Below are positions 40,069-52,647 of a stretch of 64,000 bases of DNA, piece after piece. The translations under genes and the position numbers were made by a program. Location of the stretch: contig OX597820.1 in NCBI GenBank assembly GCA_951406725.2, positions 104,222,001-104,286,000 on the forward strand, in the 5' to 3' direction. Each line of letters begins with the position of its first letter. The stretch's first letter is position 1. The DNA is from Octopus vulgaris (Eukaryota). Under the pieces are notes generated by a model, which worked only from the letters and a program-made list of their open reading frames with translations, was not told the DNA's origin and ran no database searches.

Positions 40069-40366
40069 AGTAACATAAACTAAAACTTTCCACTAAACTT
40101 TCATGTTAATTTATGTTCCAAACACCAGATAAATAATGACAAAGTTATTTTACTAAATTCTTCATCATATTCAAAACTAAATGAAACAATGGCTGTGTAC
40201 TTCAACAAAAATATGGTTAACAAAAGGGTTAAGAAAAATTCAGTCATGGCAATATTGTAACATCAGATAGCAAAACCCTCAACAGTGTCTGGCATGCAAA
40301 TCTTTTATCAGAACTTCTTACATGTAGGCTTTACTGCTCTCATATCTCAGCTAATAAACATACTCA

Positions 40367-40712
40367 TTTACTTGTTTCAGTCATTTGACAATAGCCATGC
40401 TGGAGCACCACCTTTAGTTGAGCAAATTGACCCCGGGACTTATTCTATTGGTCTCTTTTGCCGAACCGCTAAGTTACAGGGATGTAAACACACCAGCATT
40501 GGTTGTCAAGCAATGTTGGGAAGACAAACACACACACACACATATATACGATAGGCTTCTTACAGTTTCTGTCTACCAAATCCACTCACAAAGCTTTGGT
40601 CAGCCTGAGGTTATAGCAGAAAACACTTGCCCAAAGTGCGATGCAGTAGGACTGAACCTGGAACCATGTGGTTGGTGAGCAAGCTACTTACCACACAACC
40701 ACTCCTACGCCT
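40367..40712 (-). mobile_element. SINE family A, inverted orientation
   Basis: Reverse complement of the family A consensus from head to tail. Confidence 0.9.
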
Positions 40713-40789
40713 ATGAGTGATGCTTTGCAAGAGATCTCACATTTGGTTTGAATGCTGGATCTTACTATTTCTGTGGATCTTTCTTGACG

Positions 40790-41600
40790 CAAGCAGATCC
40801 AAACCAGAAAACATTTTAGTCTCCAACAGACACTGATACTACAAAACACAAGTGTGGCCCATAGTGGAGTACTGCTTCCACATGTGGAACAGTGCCTTTG
40901 CTACTATGCATACAGACATCTTGTAAAACATACAGAAAAGGGTCAATCAACTGATTAACATTCAATATGTTCCAGCCTCTGGTCTACAGGCATGCTGTGT
41001 GTTCTCTTTGTCCTTTCTATTGCTACTATAATGGCCTCTGTTGTGAAGGCGCATGGCATAGTGGTTGGGGCATTCGGCTCATGATTGTAAGGTCGTGAGT
41101 TCAATCCCTGGCAACGCGTTGTGTCCTTGAGCAAGACACTTTATTTCACGTTGCTCCAGTCCACTCAGCTGGCAAAAATGAGTAGTACCTGTATTTCAAA
41201 GAGCCAGCCTTGTCACACTCTGTGTCACACTGAATCTCCCTGAGAGCAACGTTAGGGGTACACATATCTGTGGATTGCTCAGTCACTTGCACGTTAATTT
41301 CATGAGCAGGCTGTTCCGTTGATCGTATCAGCTGGGACCCTCGTCATCATAACCGACGGAGTGCTCCATAATGGCTCCTGTTACTTGGAACTGACTAGTC
41401 TCATACTTTCACCACTCAGGTACCCTTGAACTACTTGTCTCTCCACATCCTGTCACACTTGTTGCACTCCTCCCTTTGACCCTGATCCAAACACTATATT
41501 CTGTTCTTCCTCCCTAGAACACCAATCCTCTGGCATCTTCTCCTCATTAATGTCTTTACTGCAGGAGTTGACTTGCAACAGTTTAAACACATTAACAGCA
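40790..41600 (+). pseudogene. Decayed LINE (CR1/Jockey group) RT C-terminus interrupted by a SINE
   Basis: YKTQVWPIVEYCFHMW, IQKRV, R.AVCSLCPFYCYYNG motifs. Confidence 0.7.
41043..41367 (+). mobile_element. tRNA-derived SINE (family C) with ~15-bp TSD
   Basis: ggcgcatggcatagtggtt...gagttcaatccc A/B boxes; flanks ataatggcctctgtt / ataatggctcctgtt. Confidence 0.9.
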
Positions 41601-41902
41601 AGAAGGTCACCAGTCTTGGAGGGCCTTTAAAGTTCATAGTTTCTACCTGTTCCAAGACTGAGCAAGTAAATACACACACAAATGCATTAAAAAAAAAAAA
41701 ATGAAGGATCCCTCCCAAGACACAGGCACGTAAGGCTTGTTTTCTGGATCCCGTGGCATGCCACATATACACCGGGATCAAATGCTAGTCTGTTGCAGGG
41801 TTACTCATTTTTGCCAGTTGAGTAGACAGGAGGAACGAGAAATGTAATGTTTTTGCTCAGTAACACTATAATATTGCAATCATAAATGCAACATCAGTGT
41901 GT

Positions 41903-42208
41903 GTGGAGGCGCAATGGCCCAGTGGTTAGGGTACCGGACACATGGTCGAAGGATCGCGGTTTCAATTCCCATACTGGGCATTGTGAGTGTTTATTGAGCA
42001 AAAACACCTAAAGTTCCGTGAGGCTCCAGCAGGGGGGGGGATCCCTGCTGTACTCTTTCGCCACAACTTTCTCTCACTCTTTCTTCTGTTGGCCTGCTCT
42101 CTTAGCCAACGGGGTGGCGTCATTTGAAGGCTAAAAACAATGCAAAGCGCATTGTGACCAGCGATGTATAGCAACATCTGATAGCCTGGTCAGTCACGGT
42201 GATCACGA
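41903..42208 (+). mobile_element. tRNA-derived SINE (family D)
   Basis: ggaggcgcaatggcccagtggttaggg...ggtttcaattccc head; ends in gtcacggtgatcacgatg before (TA)n. Confidence 0.85.
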
Positions 42209-42210
42209 TG

Positions 42211-42241
<31 letters not shown>

Positions 42242-42698
42242 AGAAGTTTACTTCTCAACTACGTGAATTCAGGTTTAGCTTCACTGCATGACACCTTGGG
42301 CAAGTATCTTCTACTATAACATTGGGTAAACCAAAAGCTTTGGGTATTAGAAACTGAAAGAAGCCCATTACTTTGTGTGTGTGTGCGAGTGCGTATGCGT
42401 GTTAGTGCATCTGCAAACGAGTTTCCCCGTCGTACAAGCGGTGCAATTCGTTTCCAATCTTCCATGAAAACGTATCCAGTCATGGGGTATTATTACCTTG
42501 TCTGAAAACAGGTGAGGGTTTGCGACAGAGACGATAACTGATTTTACTAAAACTGTCTAAACGAATTCTGTCTGATCCATGCAAGCATGGAAAAGTGGAG
42601 GTTAATCCGATATCTACCCATGAGTGTGTGTGTGTATACATACATACATATGTATGTATGTAAATAGGAATTTCAACCACGTTTCGTGGCGCTCCCCC

Positions 42699-42795
<97 letters not shown>

Positions 42796-44305
42796 TAGAA
42801 AACCACGAAACGTGGTTGGAATTCCTATTTACAATTCCTATATATATATCTCAGCGGCCGATTCATACGTTTTAGGTGTCAATATAGTATCTAGTTCCAG
42901 TATCACGTTGTTCCTTATGGCATAAGGAACCTAAATCGCTGACATAACAGTTTTGATCTGCTTCATCTTTAGTCCCACTGATTTGAACTCTCTTCTTTGT
43001 GTCCTATAAATCTATTCGTGTCCTTGAGGGTTACTCAGTCCTGAATTCTGTAGTTAGATTTTCAATAATTAAGAGAGAAACAGACACTAAAAGTTAGCTC
43101 CCTCATTCACCAATCTATAAATAAGTACCATAAAACGAGACAATATGGAATGCTCGAGGTTGTCCTCTGATTTACTAGAAACAATAGTCAACTGCCAGTC
43201 ATTGTCTTAAAAAGAGAAGTAGACTTTCGATAATGTAGTTCGAGAGAGTCCCCACCCCAAAAAGAAAAAAAACAAAACAATGTAAGTTACAATGAACAGA
43301 TTCTACACAATACCAGTATATAATTATCGAGTGTTTCCTTGGTTAATCGTATGAGTTTATTATATCTTGCCAATATGTATTTTTTGTAGAAACAGATGGG
43401 TTCCCTTGGGTTTACTTGCTCTACATAGATAAGAAAAACTGACATACCCACATTTTACTAGTAAGCAAGACATACGTTTTTCAATTATCATCAATGGAAT
43501 TATTATTATCGATCTTAAATTAATATTTATAAATGTGTGGAGGTTATATTGAAATCTAAGACGTTATATACATGTGTGTGTGAATGTATGTGTGTAAATA
43601 CACACATATATATAAATAATGGGTTAATCTGTATCCTTCCCCACTTTTTTCATTATGAAATATCAGTATAAACGGCAATCACTAAGTATACGAGTGATTA
43701 TCGTATGAACAGTATCACGTATTTTAAAAATTATGTTGCCATTCGGGATTTCCCTCCCATGGGACCTACTCTCAATAATCATACACATGATGCAATTATA
43801 TAAGGTAATAGTGTTACAAAACCGACAGAACATACATAATTATTTAATTACCCTAGTATTCGCTGACTGATGTAAAAGTACAAAAATATATTTGACTTCA
43901 GAAAAAAACGAAGTATTGAGAAAAGATAACATATTTTTTTTCTTTAATAAATAATAAATCCGTAACCTAATAAGGTTATGGATAAACCGTTTCTATTTGA
44001 AGTTCATTCATAAACTACGAACGCAGTTTATAACTGCATACATACGAAATAAGTATAAAGAGAGAAATTATATATTTAATATTCAACAAGTGAATTTAGC
44101 ATTAAAATAAAATATTTAAAAAAATATATTTACAATTGATTAACTGATCGAAAGTATAAAATATCAGTATGAAAGAACGAAAAAAAAAAAACGACAGCTG
44201 TCTGGTTTAGTTATATGATATGACTATATTTGGAATAGTACCTCCCGGTCAATTAGAAAGAAGAAGAAACATAAATGAATGAATGAATGAGAATTACTTG
44301 CTCAC

Positions 44306-44359
44306 CTTTGAACGTGTTGATAATATCTGGTTGAAGACTCGAAGGGTGAATAGTGCCAT
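44306..44359 (-). CDS. TMEM53: Predicted first coding exon of the TMEM53-like gene (MALFTLRVFNQILSTRSK)
   Basis: cattATGG start context, exactly 18 codons, then AAG|gtgagc donor. Phase 0 matches the acceptor at 25771. Lies in the least repetitive part of the window. Additional internal exons cannot be excluded. Confidence 0.65.
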
Positions 44360-45202
44360 AATGTGTGTACTTTAAAAAGAAATTCTGAATAAATGTTCAC
44401 TCTCGAAGTCCTAATATCATAATAAATAATTCATTCGGATAGAAGCTCGATCACTGCTGTCTTTATTAAAATTCTTCAACAGAATTTATGGATGTAAAGA
44501 ATACAGTTGTTCCCGTCATTAACAGAAAACATCTATCTGATGTATATATATCTATACACAGAAATCTTATAACTGCATATAGTGAAACCGGTGCAACAGC
44601 TGAACATCAGTTTGTGAGTGCATATAAAATGAATAATAGGTTATAAAGGATAGCGATAGTGAGAGAGAGAGAGAGAAAGATGTTACCGGGTTGGTAGGGA
44701 AATTTTAATTGTAAGTCAAATACTTTACATATGTGTATATATATGTATATACATCTAAATAAAGAGGGAGAAATAATGAAGGGAAATAACCTTTGGCCTT
44801 TACAGGATGTCTCATCAGATCAGAAAGTGGTCTGATGACAAACCATAATCAAGTGATCGCAGGGACTGTCTCACTAACATATCATGTAATACTACGTAGG
44901 AGGTAACGCGTAACTGCGGTAAGCGCTCCCGACCAACCAAGCTCAATACACGATTTCGATTCCCGCTTCATTTAAAATATGTATAATAGGTTTTCACTAT
45001 TTCATCGTTATATAATATACTTTTTCTTCTTTGATAAGGCTTTCACAAAAAGTACAGTAATGTACAATTCTTTTTATGCATCTAAAAATTTGAACGTAAA
45101 TAAAACTATGACAAATAACTTCACTTAGTTTCGTGCTTCGATACGTTGATTACATTCGAATAACAAGAAAGTAGTTCAAAAAATGATATGTACGCACACA
45201 TC

Positions 45203-45931
45203 TAGGCATTCCTACAGATTCGTGCCCCACACAGACTTTGTTACCTTTTAACTTCTATGAAATGGGTATTTTAAAATGAAATGGATATTTTTAAATGAAA
45301 TTTTACGCAAATATGCTTCACATGATGTCAGTTCTGATTATATGGGAACATGTGAAAAAACTTTCCCGCTGGCGGGGTGAGGAATTTTGGAAAATTCACA
45401 CGAGACGGATTTCTTTACTCATAACTTTCAGAAAACAGGGTAATTTGTTATGAAATTTTCTATAAATACCTTTCAGAATGTGTAGATTACGGTTAGATCG
45501 GAATTTAATATATAAAAAAATAAATTTGGTGGGCTCGTACACATACAGATACACGTCACATATTTATAAATTGAAACTTGAAATTTCGAAAAAAATTGTG
45601 GTGTGTCAGTATGTATGTGTGTCTACTCTACTTTTTTTTCACATTAAAATCAATATAATCGCAATTTACACACCCTGAAAAATATTTGTAGAAAGTTTCA
45701 TTAAAAAATACCCATTTTGCTAAAAGTTATGAGGTAACAAAGCAGACTCGTGTGAATTTTCCGAGACATTCCCATCCACAAAAAATGATTTTTTTAACAA
45801 CGTACGATATAATTACAATCTACACCATCTGAAGCGTATTTTTAGAAAATTTCTTTAAAAAATATCCATTTTTCTGGATGTTTTTGAGGAAGCAAAAGTC
45901 GGGGAGGAGGCACACATCTGTAAGAATTTCT
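45203..45931. mobile_element. Decayed foldback/TIR DNA element upstream of the TMEM53-like start
   Basis: Long imperfect inverted arms, e.g. ggaaaattcacacgag...cataactttc versus aaagttatgag...ctcgtgtgaattttcc. Confidence 0.7.
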
Positions 45932-46095
45932 ATATGGCATTCCTACATATATATATATATACATACATATATATATATATACATACATACATATATATAT
46001 ATATGTATGTATGTATATATGTATGTATGTATGTATATATGTATGTATGTATATATATATGTATGTATGTATATATGTATGTATGTATATATGTA

Positions 46096-46191
<96 letters not shown>

Positions 46192-46196
46192 TGTGT

Positions 46197-46540
46197 GTGA
46201 AGGCGCATGGCTCAGTGGTTAGAGCGTCGAGCTTACGATCGTGAGGTTGTGAGCTCGAATCCCGGACCGGGCTGCGTGTTGTGTTCTTGAGCAAGGCACT
46301 TTATTTTCACGTTGCTCCAGTTCACTCAGCTGTAGAAATGAGTTGCGACGTCATGGGTGCCAAACTGTATCGACCTTTGTCTTTCCCTTGGAAAACACTT
46401 GTGTCGTGGAGAGGGGAGGCTGGTATGCATGGGCGACTGCTGGCCTTCCATAAACAACCTTGCCCGGACTTGTGTCTAGGAGGGTAACTTTCTAGGTGCA
46501 ATCCCATGGTCATTCATGACCGAAGGGGGTCTTTACCCTT
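46197..46540 (+). mobile_element. tRNA-derived SINE, family C head with a different tail
   Basis: ggcgcatggctcagtggttagagcg...gagctcgaatccc; CORE-like cttgagcaaggcactt. Confidence 0.9.
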
Positions 46541-46544
46541 CTTT

Positions 46545-46598
46545 TATATATATGTATGTATATATATATATACATATATATATATATGTATATATATG

Positions 46599-46633
<35 letters not shown>

Positions 46634-46644
46634 GTATATATATG

Positions 46645-46677
<33 letters not shown>

Positions 46678-46720
46678 GTATATATATGTATATATATATG
46701 TATATATATATATGTATATA

Positions 46721-46769
<49 letters not shown>

Positions 46770-46811
46770 GTATATATATATGTATATATATATATGTATG
46801 TATATATATGT

Positions 46812-46845
<34 letters not shown>

Positions 46846-46932
46846 GTATATATATATATATGTATGTATATATATGTATATATATGTATATATATATGTA
46901 TGTATATATATATATGTATATATATATATATG

Positions 46933-47027
<95 letters not shown>

Positions 47028-47153
47028 ATGCATATATATTTATATGTATGTATATATATATGTTTATATGTATGTATATATATATATATATATAAGTATA
47101 TTTATATGTATATATATAAATATGTATATATATATATGTGTATATTTATATGT

Positions 47154-47204
<51 letters not shown>

Positions 47205-47422
47205 GTATGTATGCATATATATATATGTATGTATGTATATATGTATGTATATATATATATGTATATATATGTATGTATATATATATATATATGAATGTAT
47301 GTGTATATATATATATACATATATATATATATGTATATACATATATATATATACATACATTTAAACATATATATATATACATACATACATTATATATATA
47401 CATATATATATGTATATATATA
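46545..47422. repeat. ~0.9-kb compound (TA)n/(TATG)n microsatellite
   Basis: Directly visible; source of many spurious YI-rich ORFs. Similar tracts at 45946-46190, 55690-55995 and 56826-57112. Confidence 0.98.
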
Positions 47423-47910
47423 TGATGGCTGCCCCCTCATTATCGAGTATGGCCATTGCACAAAGCTTAACTGTTATTGGTGCTGTGATCGAACGTGACT
47501 TTTTAGACCAGCTAAAGATCTACAATGTCTTGTACAAAGTTGGCAACTAAAAACTTTACCGGTAATAGCTGGCTGTAGTTGCAACTGGGCTTCATGTACC
47601 TTTGCATGTCATTTAAGTCCTCCTGCCGAATTACGCTTTCTTCCATATGCCCGACAGATATGATTAGTATGGTCTGATACACCACCACTAGTGGCCAGGT
47701 TGTCACTCATCTGTCTCGCTTTATGACTACGAAGAGTCCAGCTTTACTGAGGCAGGGTCTTGCACATACACTGCATGTCAGCGTCATAGGAAGACCCTTC
47801 CCATCTGGAAGTGTAACAGCGACATCTCTCCTTACTTTCTCATGTGCAACTCGAGATTTCTCAAAAGTAGCTGTTCCCTCATGCACAATCCTTCTCCACC
47901 TGCTACGATC
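47423..47910 (-). pseudogene. RTE LINE 3' end with C-terminal zinc-finger remnant and 3' UTR
   Basis: DRSRWRRIVHEG..FE...CSVCARPCLSKAGL. Confidence 0.8.
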
Positions 47911-47983
47911 AATATATATATATATACATACATACATACATAAAAAATTTAGATTCAGTTGAGGCACCAGAATTTAGTATGGT

Positions 47984-48280
47984 ATCTATATATATAAAGA
48001 TGAGAATGTCTGTCTGTGTGAATCTATAAGCCTTGAAAACTACGCAACCAATTTCATTCAAATTTTACACATGCCTTACTTTGAGTCCATGTAGTGTCAT
48101 AGGCCAAAAAAATTTTTAACTTCTTGCCTAGTGCAAGCCCACAGCAATATCATATCTTCTCTACTATTTAAGTATTATGTATCAAAAGTGAAACAATAAC
48201 TTCTCTCTATTGTAATGTCAGATACTTTCACTTTAATACTGAAACTGTTAAAGTGAAACTATTATCTCATGTATAGACAG
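47984..48280 (+). mobile_element. Helitron 5' fragment
   Basis: A|TCTATATATATAAAG..tgtctgtctgtgtg...aaccaatttcattcaaattt. Confidence 0.65.
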
Positions 48281-48294
48281 GCATACATACATAT

Positions 48295-48325
<31 letters not shown>

Positions 48326-48427
48326 ATATATATTATATGTGTATATCTGCACAAATGTATATATATAGATGTATATGTATGTATATATATATATATGCAC
48401 ATATATATTAATATATATATATACATA

Positions 48428-48567
48428 TAAGAGGGATGACCTGTAAGTGGACATCCATTATGCTAGAAAAAGATCTGCTATGGTCTTACCACTAACAAAG
48501 GAATGGTAAGACCATAGCAGATCTTCTTCTAGCATAATGGATGCCCACTTACAGGTCAGCCCCCTTA
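48428..48567. repeat. 140-bp near-perfect palindrome (~64-bp arms, 12-nt loop)
   Basis: tgacctgtaagtgg.catccattatgctagaa.aagatctgctatggtcttacca and its reverse complement. Confidence 0.95.
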
Positions 48568-48686
48568 CATGTGTGTAATATCATTTTTTCTGAAACTTCA
48601 AATTTTTCAATATGCTACACCACTGTATTCAATTTTTCACCCTAATGATTTTAAATTTATATTTCCATGTGTATATATATATATAG

Positions 48687-48749
<63 letters not shown>

Positions 48750-48751
48750 GA

Positions 48752-48793
<42 letters not shown>

Positions 48794-49417
48794 AATATAT
48801 ATATATATAAATATATATATGTAGGTCCCGGGTTGAGTCGGGGTTAACCACAGTAAATAAGGTACTCCTGATGATTTCTTTTGAATGAAACAGTTCTAGT
48901 CCTGTAGAAGCTCCTTCTATAAAATAAATATATAAATATATATATCTATAAATATATATATATATCTTTATCTTTATCTTTATCTAGTTTCAGTTCACGA
49001 GCTGTGGCCATGCTGGGGCACCACCATTTTGTGTTGCTACATGATTTTACTTCACGAATGCTTTTTAGCAATTGCTATTTGGTGCATGAGAGTGTTCGAT
49101 ACAGCTGCCCTCATCTGCACCTCCTGCCGTGAGGTTGGTTCATCTGGGACACCTGACAAGAAGAGATCCAAATATATATATATATATATAGATGTATATA
49201 TATATAGATGTATATATATGGATGTATATATATACATGTATATATATATACATATACATATATATGTATAGATGTATTTCTATAGATATAGATGTATATG
49301 TATACATGTATATGTGTAGATGTATATATATATATATATAGATCTACATGTAATATGTCCACATATATATACAGATATATACACCCATACACACATACAT
49401 ACACACACACACATACA

Positions 49418-49780
49418 TAGGAGCAGGTGTGGCTGTGTGGTAACAAACTTGGTTCCAAAACACCACTGTGTGGTGACTTGGCATGTGCCTTCTGCTATAG
49501 CCTCAGACCAACCAAAGTCTTGTCAGTGGATTTTGTAGACAGAAACTGAAAGAAATCAATCGTATATATATGTATGTATATATGTAAGTCTTTGTGTGTG
49601 TGTTTCTCCCTCATCACTGCTTCACAATTGCTGTTCGTTTATTTACATCACCATAACTTACTGGTTTCACAAGAAGAAACTGATAGAATAAGGCTTATCA
49701 AAATAAATAAAAGCACTAGGCAGTGTCTCATATTTTTGTTTGCTCACTCTTGTATCTATCAATTTATCTTTGTGTGTGTG

Positions 49781-49839
<59 letters not shown>

Positions 49840-50110
49840 ATTTCGTAGACAGATACTGAAAGAAATCAGTCGTATATATATGTATGTATATATGTTAGTG
49901 TATGTGTATGTCTTTGTCTCTGTGTTTCACCCTCATCACTGCTTCACAACTGCTGTTCATTTATTTACATCCCCATAATTTACTGGTTTCACAAGAAGAA
50001 ACTAATAGAATAAGTATATGGCTTATCAACATAAAAAAAAGCACTAGGCTGTGTCTCATATTTTGGTTTACCCACTCAGTTGTATCTATCAATTTATCTT
50101 TGTGTGTGTG
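49418..50110 (+). mobile_element. SINE family A with tandem duplication of its 3' part plus flank
   Basis: 49528-49780 is repeated at 49838-50110, separated by (TA)n. Confidence 0.85.
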
Positions 50111-50138
50111 TGTGTGTATATATAATACACTCACACAC

Positions 50139-50198
<60 letters not shown>

Positions 50199-50215
50199 AT
50201 ATGTGCATATTCATA

Positions 50216-51871
50216 TCTATTATATCAAAGTCAATGTCTTTACGTGTGTTCTTGTACTACTTATACATTCGAAAACTGCTGCACCGATTATAATGAAATT
50301 TGGAACACAAAATCCAAGCCTAGGGAGATGGGTAATACTGTGTCTTTCATACAATTTCATGGACCAAAATTAGTGAATAGATCCTTATGATATTTGAAAC
50401 TCAGATTCAATGCATAAGGGTGGGTATAATGCAATATGTTTGGTTTGAATTTCAGATGCCTTAAAGGGGGCAGAACCCCCATGAAAATTCATATATTTTC
50501 GATGTTGATGAAATTTCAACCATGGGTAATTGACACACATCAAGAAGTATTCTTAAAGTTTCCACTTCACATGATGATTCTAAGACACCCTAATGGGGGT
50601 CTTAACTCCCTAATTTTAGTCATTTCTTTTATGATCCAAAATTAGGTCAAAAGTACTGAATGGATCTTTATGAAATGTGGAAAATTATATTCTATGCATA
50701 AGGGCCATAACCCCCATGACAAATCATATATTTTTGCTGTGGATGAAATTTTAACCATAGATATTAGATATAAATGATGTAATATTTATAAAATTTCATC
50801 TTCTTACACCCACAATTTAGTCATTTTATCTAAGCAAAGATGAATACAGTTGTCCTCTTGGAAGCTGTGGGGTCACCCAAGCATAAAAGATGAGCATTAT
50901 TTGTAATTCAATGGTACAACAGTGTTTACAGTTTGCTTTGACATATACTTAGATTGTGATTTCTGCAATGTGGTGCATAAATTGTCAAGTAAATGAGAGG
51001 CATCTTTGTCTCCACTGATTCAGTTGCAAAGCGTTGAGTAAAGTTATTTGATAAGCAGACCTCCTTTCAGTCTTTTTATTATCACTGGGTCACACATAGT
51101 CCCCAGATGGTAACATTGATTTCAAGGCCTTCCCAAATGAGTGACTGGTTATTCAAAGACATTTATAGATTGTATATTTATTCTGTCCAGTTACGTATCA
51201 GTATAGTGGTCATTTGCAAACTCCAGAGGTGACACTTTCATTTCTCCTTAGCCCTCATGTCACACAGTTGTTAATGTTTATTTCAGTTGGGTCATGCCCT
51301 TCCAATTGCTATAGATTCATAATGCATCTTACGGCTGTGCCTGTCACCTGGATGGTGAGGGATCCTACATTGTGAGTGGTAACGACTAGGGTAGGGTAGC
51401 TGACTGCTTATTGTGATCATTCATTTTTTGATTTCCTGTAGCTTTGCTCTCTTTTACAACCCAGTGAACATATATTTCCTATTTCAAATAAATTCAAACA
51501 ATAGATATAAGACCCAAGTTAAAAAGATTCTCAACAATTCAACTTCTCTGGTTGACATTAAGACACTGACCCCCAATAGGGGCCTTAACTCTCACATTTT
51601 AGAGCTCCATGACCTCCATTTTTCAGGAGCAAAATATTTTTAACAGGTTCTATAAGACTTGAATTTTGGAATATGCGCATAAAAATCAGTAATATGGGAT
51701 ACATGTGGCATGATTACAATTTTTTTAGGGTGTGTAAAGAGGGAAATAACCCTCATCTGCAATTTTGATGAAATTCGAAACACATGTATTCAAGTTCATT
51801 ACAGAAAATTTTACAGAAAAGTCTAATTCTTCAATTGTATGTAATATAGGCAAAGCCGGGTATCTCTGCTA

Positions 51872-51872
<1 letters not shown>
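50216..51872 (+). mobile_element. Non-autonomous Helitron, ~1.65 kb
   Basis: A|TCTATTATAT start, accgattataatgaaatttgg motif, 3' ggcaaagccgggtatctctgCTAG|T; internal repeated units at 50476 and 50711. Confidence 0.75.
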
Positions 51873-51911
<39 letters not shown>

Positions 51912-52568
51912 TGATTTGATTTCGTTATTTTTCTTCTTTTTGCCTATGTGAGTTACAAATATTGTTATGTGTGGATATATATATATATATATACATATCA
52001 TAGTCTCAGTCTGACCAAAGCCTTGTGAGTGGATTTCGTACACGGAAACTGAAAGAAGACTATTGTATATATGTGTATATTTGTGAGTGTGTGTATGTGT
52101 GACTGTGTTTGTACCCCCACCATTGCTTGACAGCCAATGTTGCTGTGTTTACGTTCCCATAATCTAGTGGTTCAGCAAAAGACACTGATAGAATTTGTAC
52201 TAGGCTTTCAATGAATGGATCTTTTCTATCTGGCAGCTACTAATATATAGCGGAAGCAAGAGTGATTCAAGTGCCGAGAGTTTCATCCGTTGGCACAAGT
52301 TTTAGTGATGCACTCATACAGGCAAACAGACACATTCTCAGTTTTATATATATACTAGCAGAGATACCTGGCCTCTTTATGATTAAAATGGCATAGTCAT
52401 TGTATTGTTTTACTTGTTTCAGCCATGTGACTGCGGTGATGCTGGAGTGCTCCCTTTACAGATTAATTAATCGATGTGGCTACCAGACGGAAAATATCCA
52501 TTTAAATAAACACATACTCATATTTTGAGTCCTATTTTTCTTGTCTGCATCACCATACACGGGAGCAT

Positions 52569-52647
52569 CTGTTTTATTGAAAACGTATATTGTTGTCAAA
52601 TGCTCGAAATACGAGAGTAGAAAAACAGCCAACAACTGATGAAGGGT
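52569..52647 (+). ncRNA. Putative non-circularly permuted (pseudoknotted) hammerhead ribozyme, copy 1
   Basis: cgta-TA-ttgttg ... gctc-GAAA-tacg ... caacaa-CTGATGA-a-gggt, plus extra helix ctgtttt/aaaacag; all three stems pair. Confidence 0.7.

Noticed and set aside
44808-44840. Hairpin tcatcagatca-gaaag-tggtctgatga containing CTGATGA
   Set aside because: The CTGATGA is sequestered in the stem, with no hammerhead or C/D snoRNA architecture around it.
46200-46275. tRNA gene
   Set aside because: A/B boxes are present, but the sequence runs into SINE body; it is a tRNA-derived SINE head. The same applies at 41046, 41906 and the degenerate 44886-44970.
45842-47498. Long ORFs of up to 282 aa rich in Y/I/M/C/V
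   Set aside because: Translations of TA/TATG microsatellites in all frames; the same applies to similar ORFs at 9.7, 21, 42.5, 48.6, 55.6, 56.8 and 58 kb.
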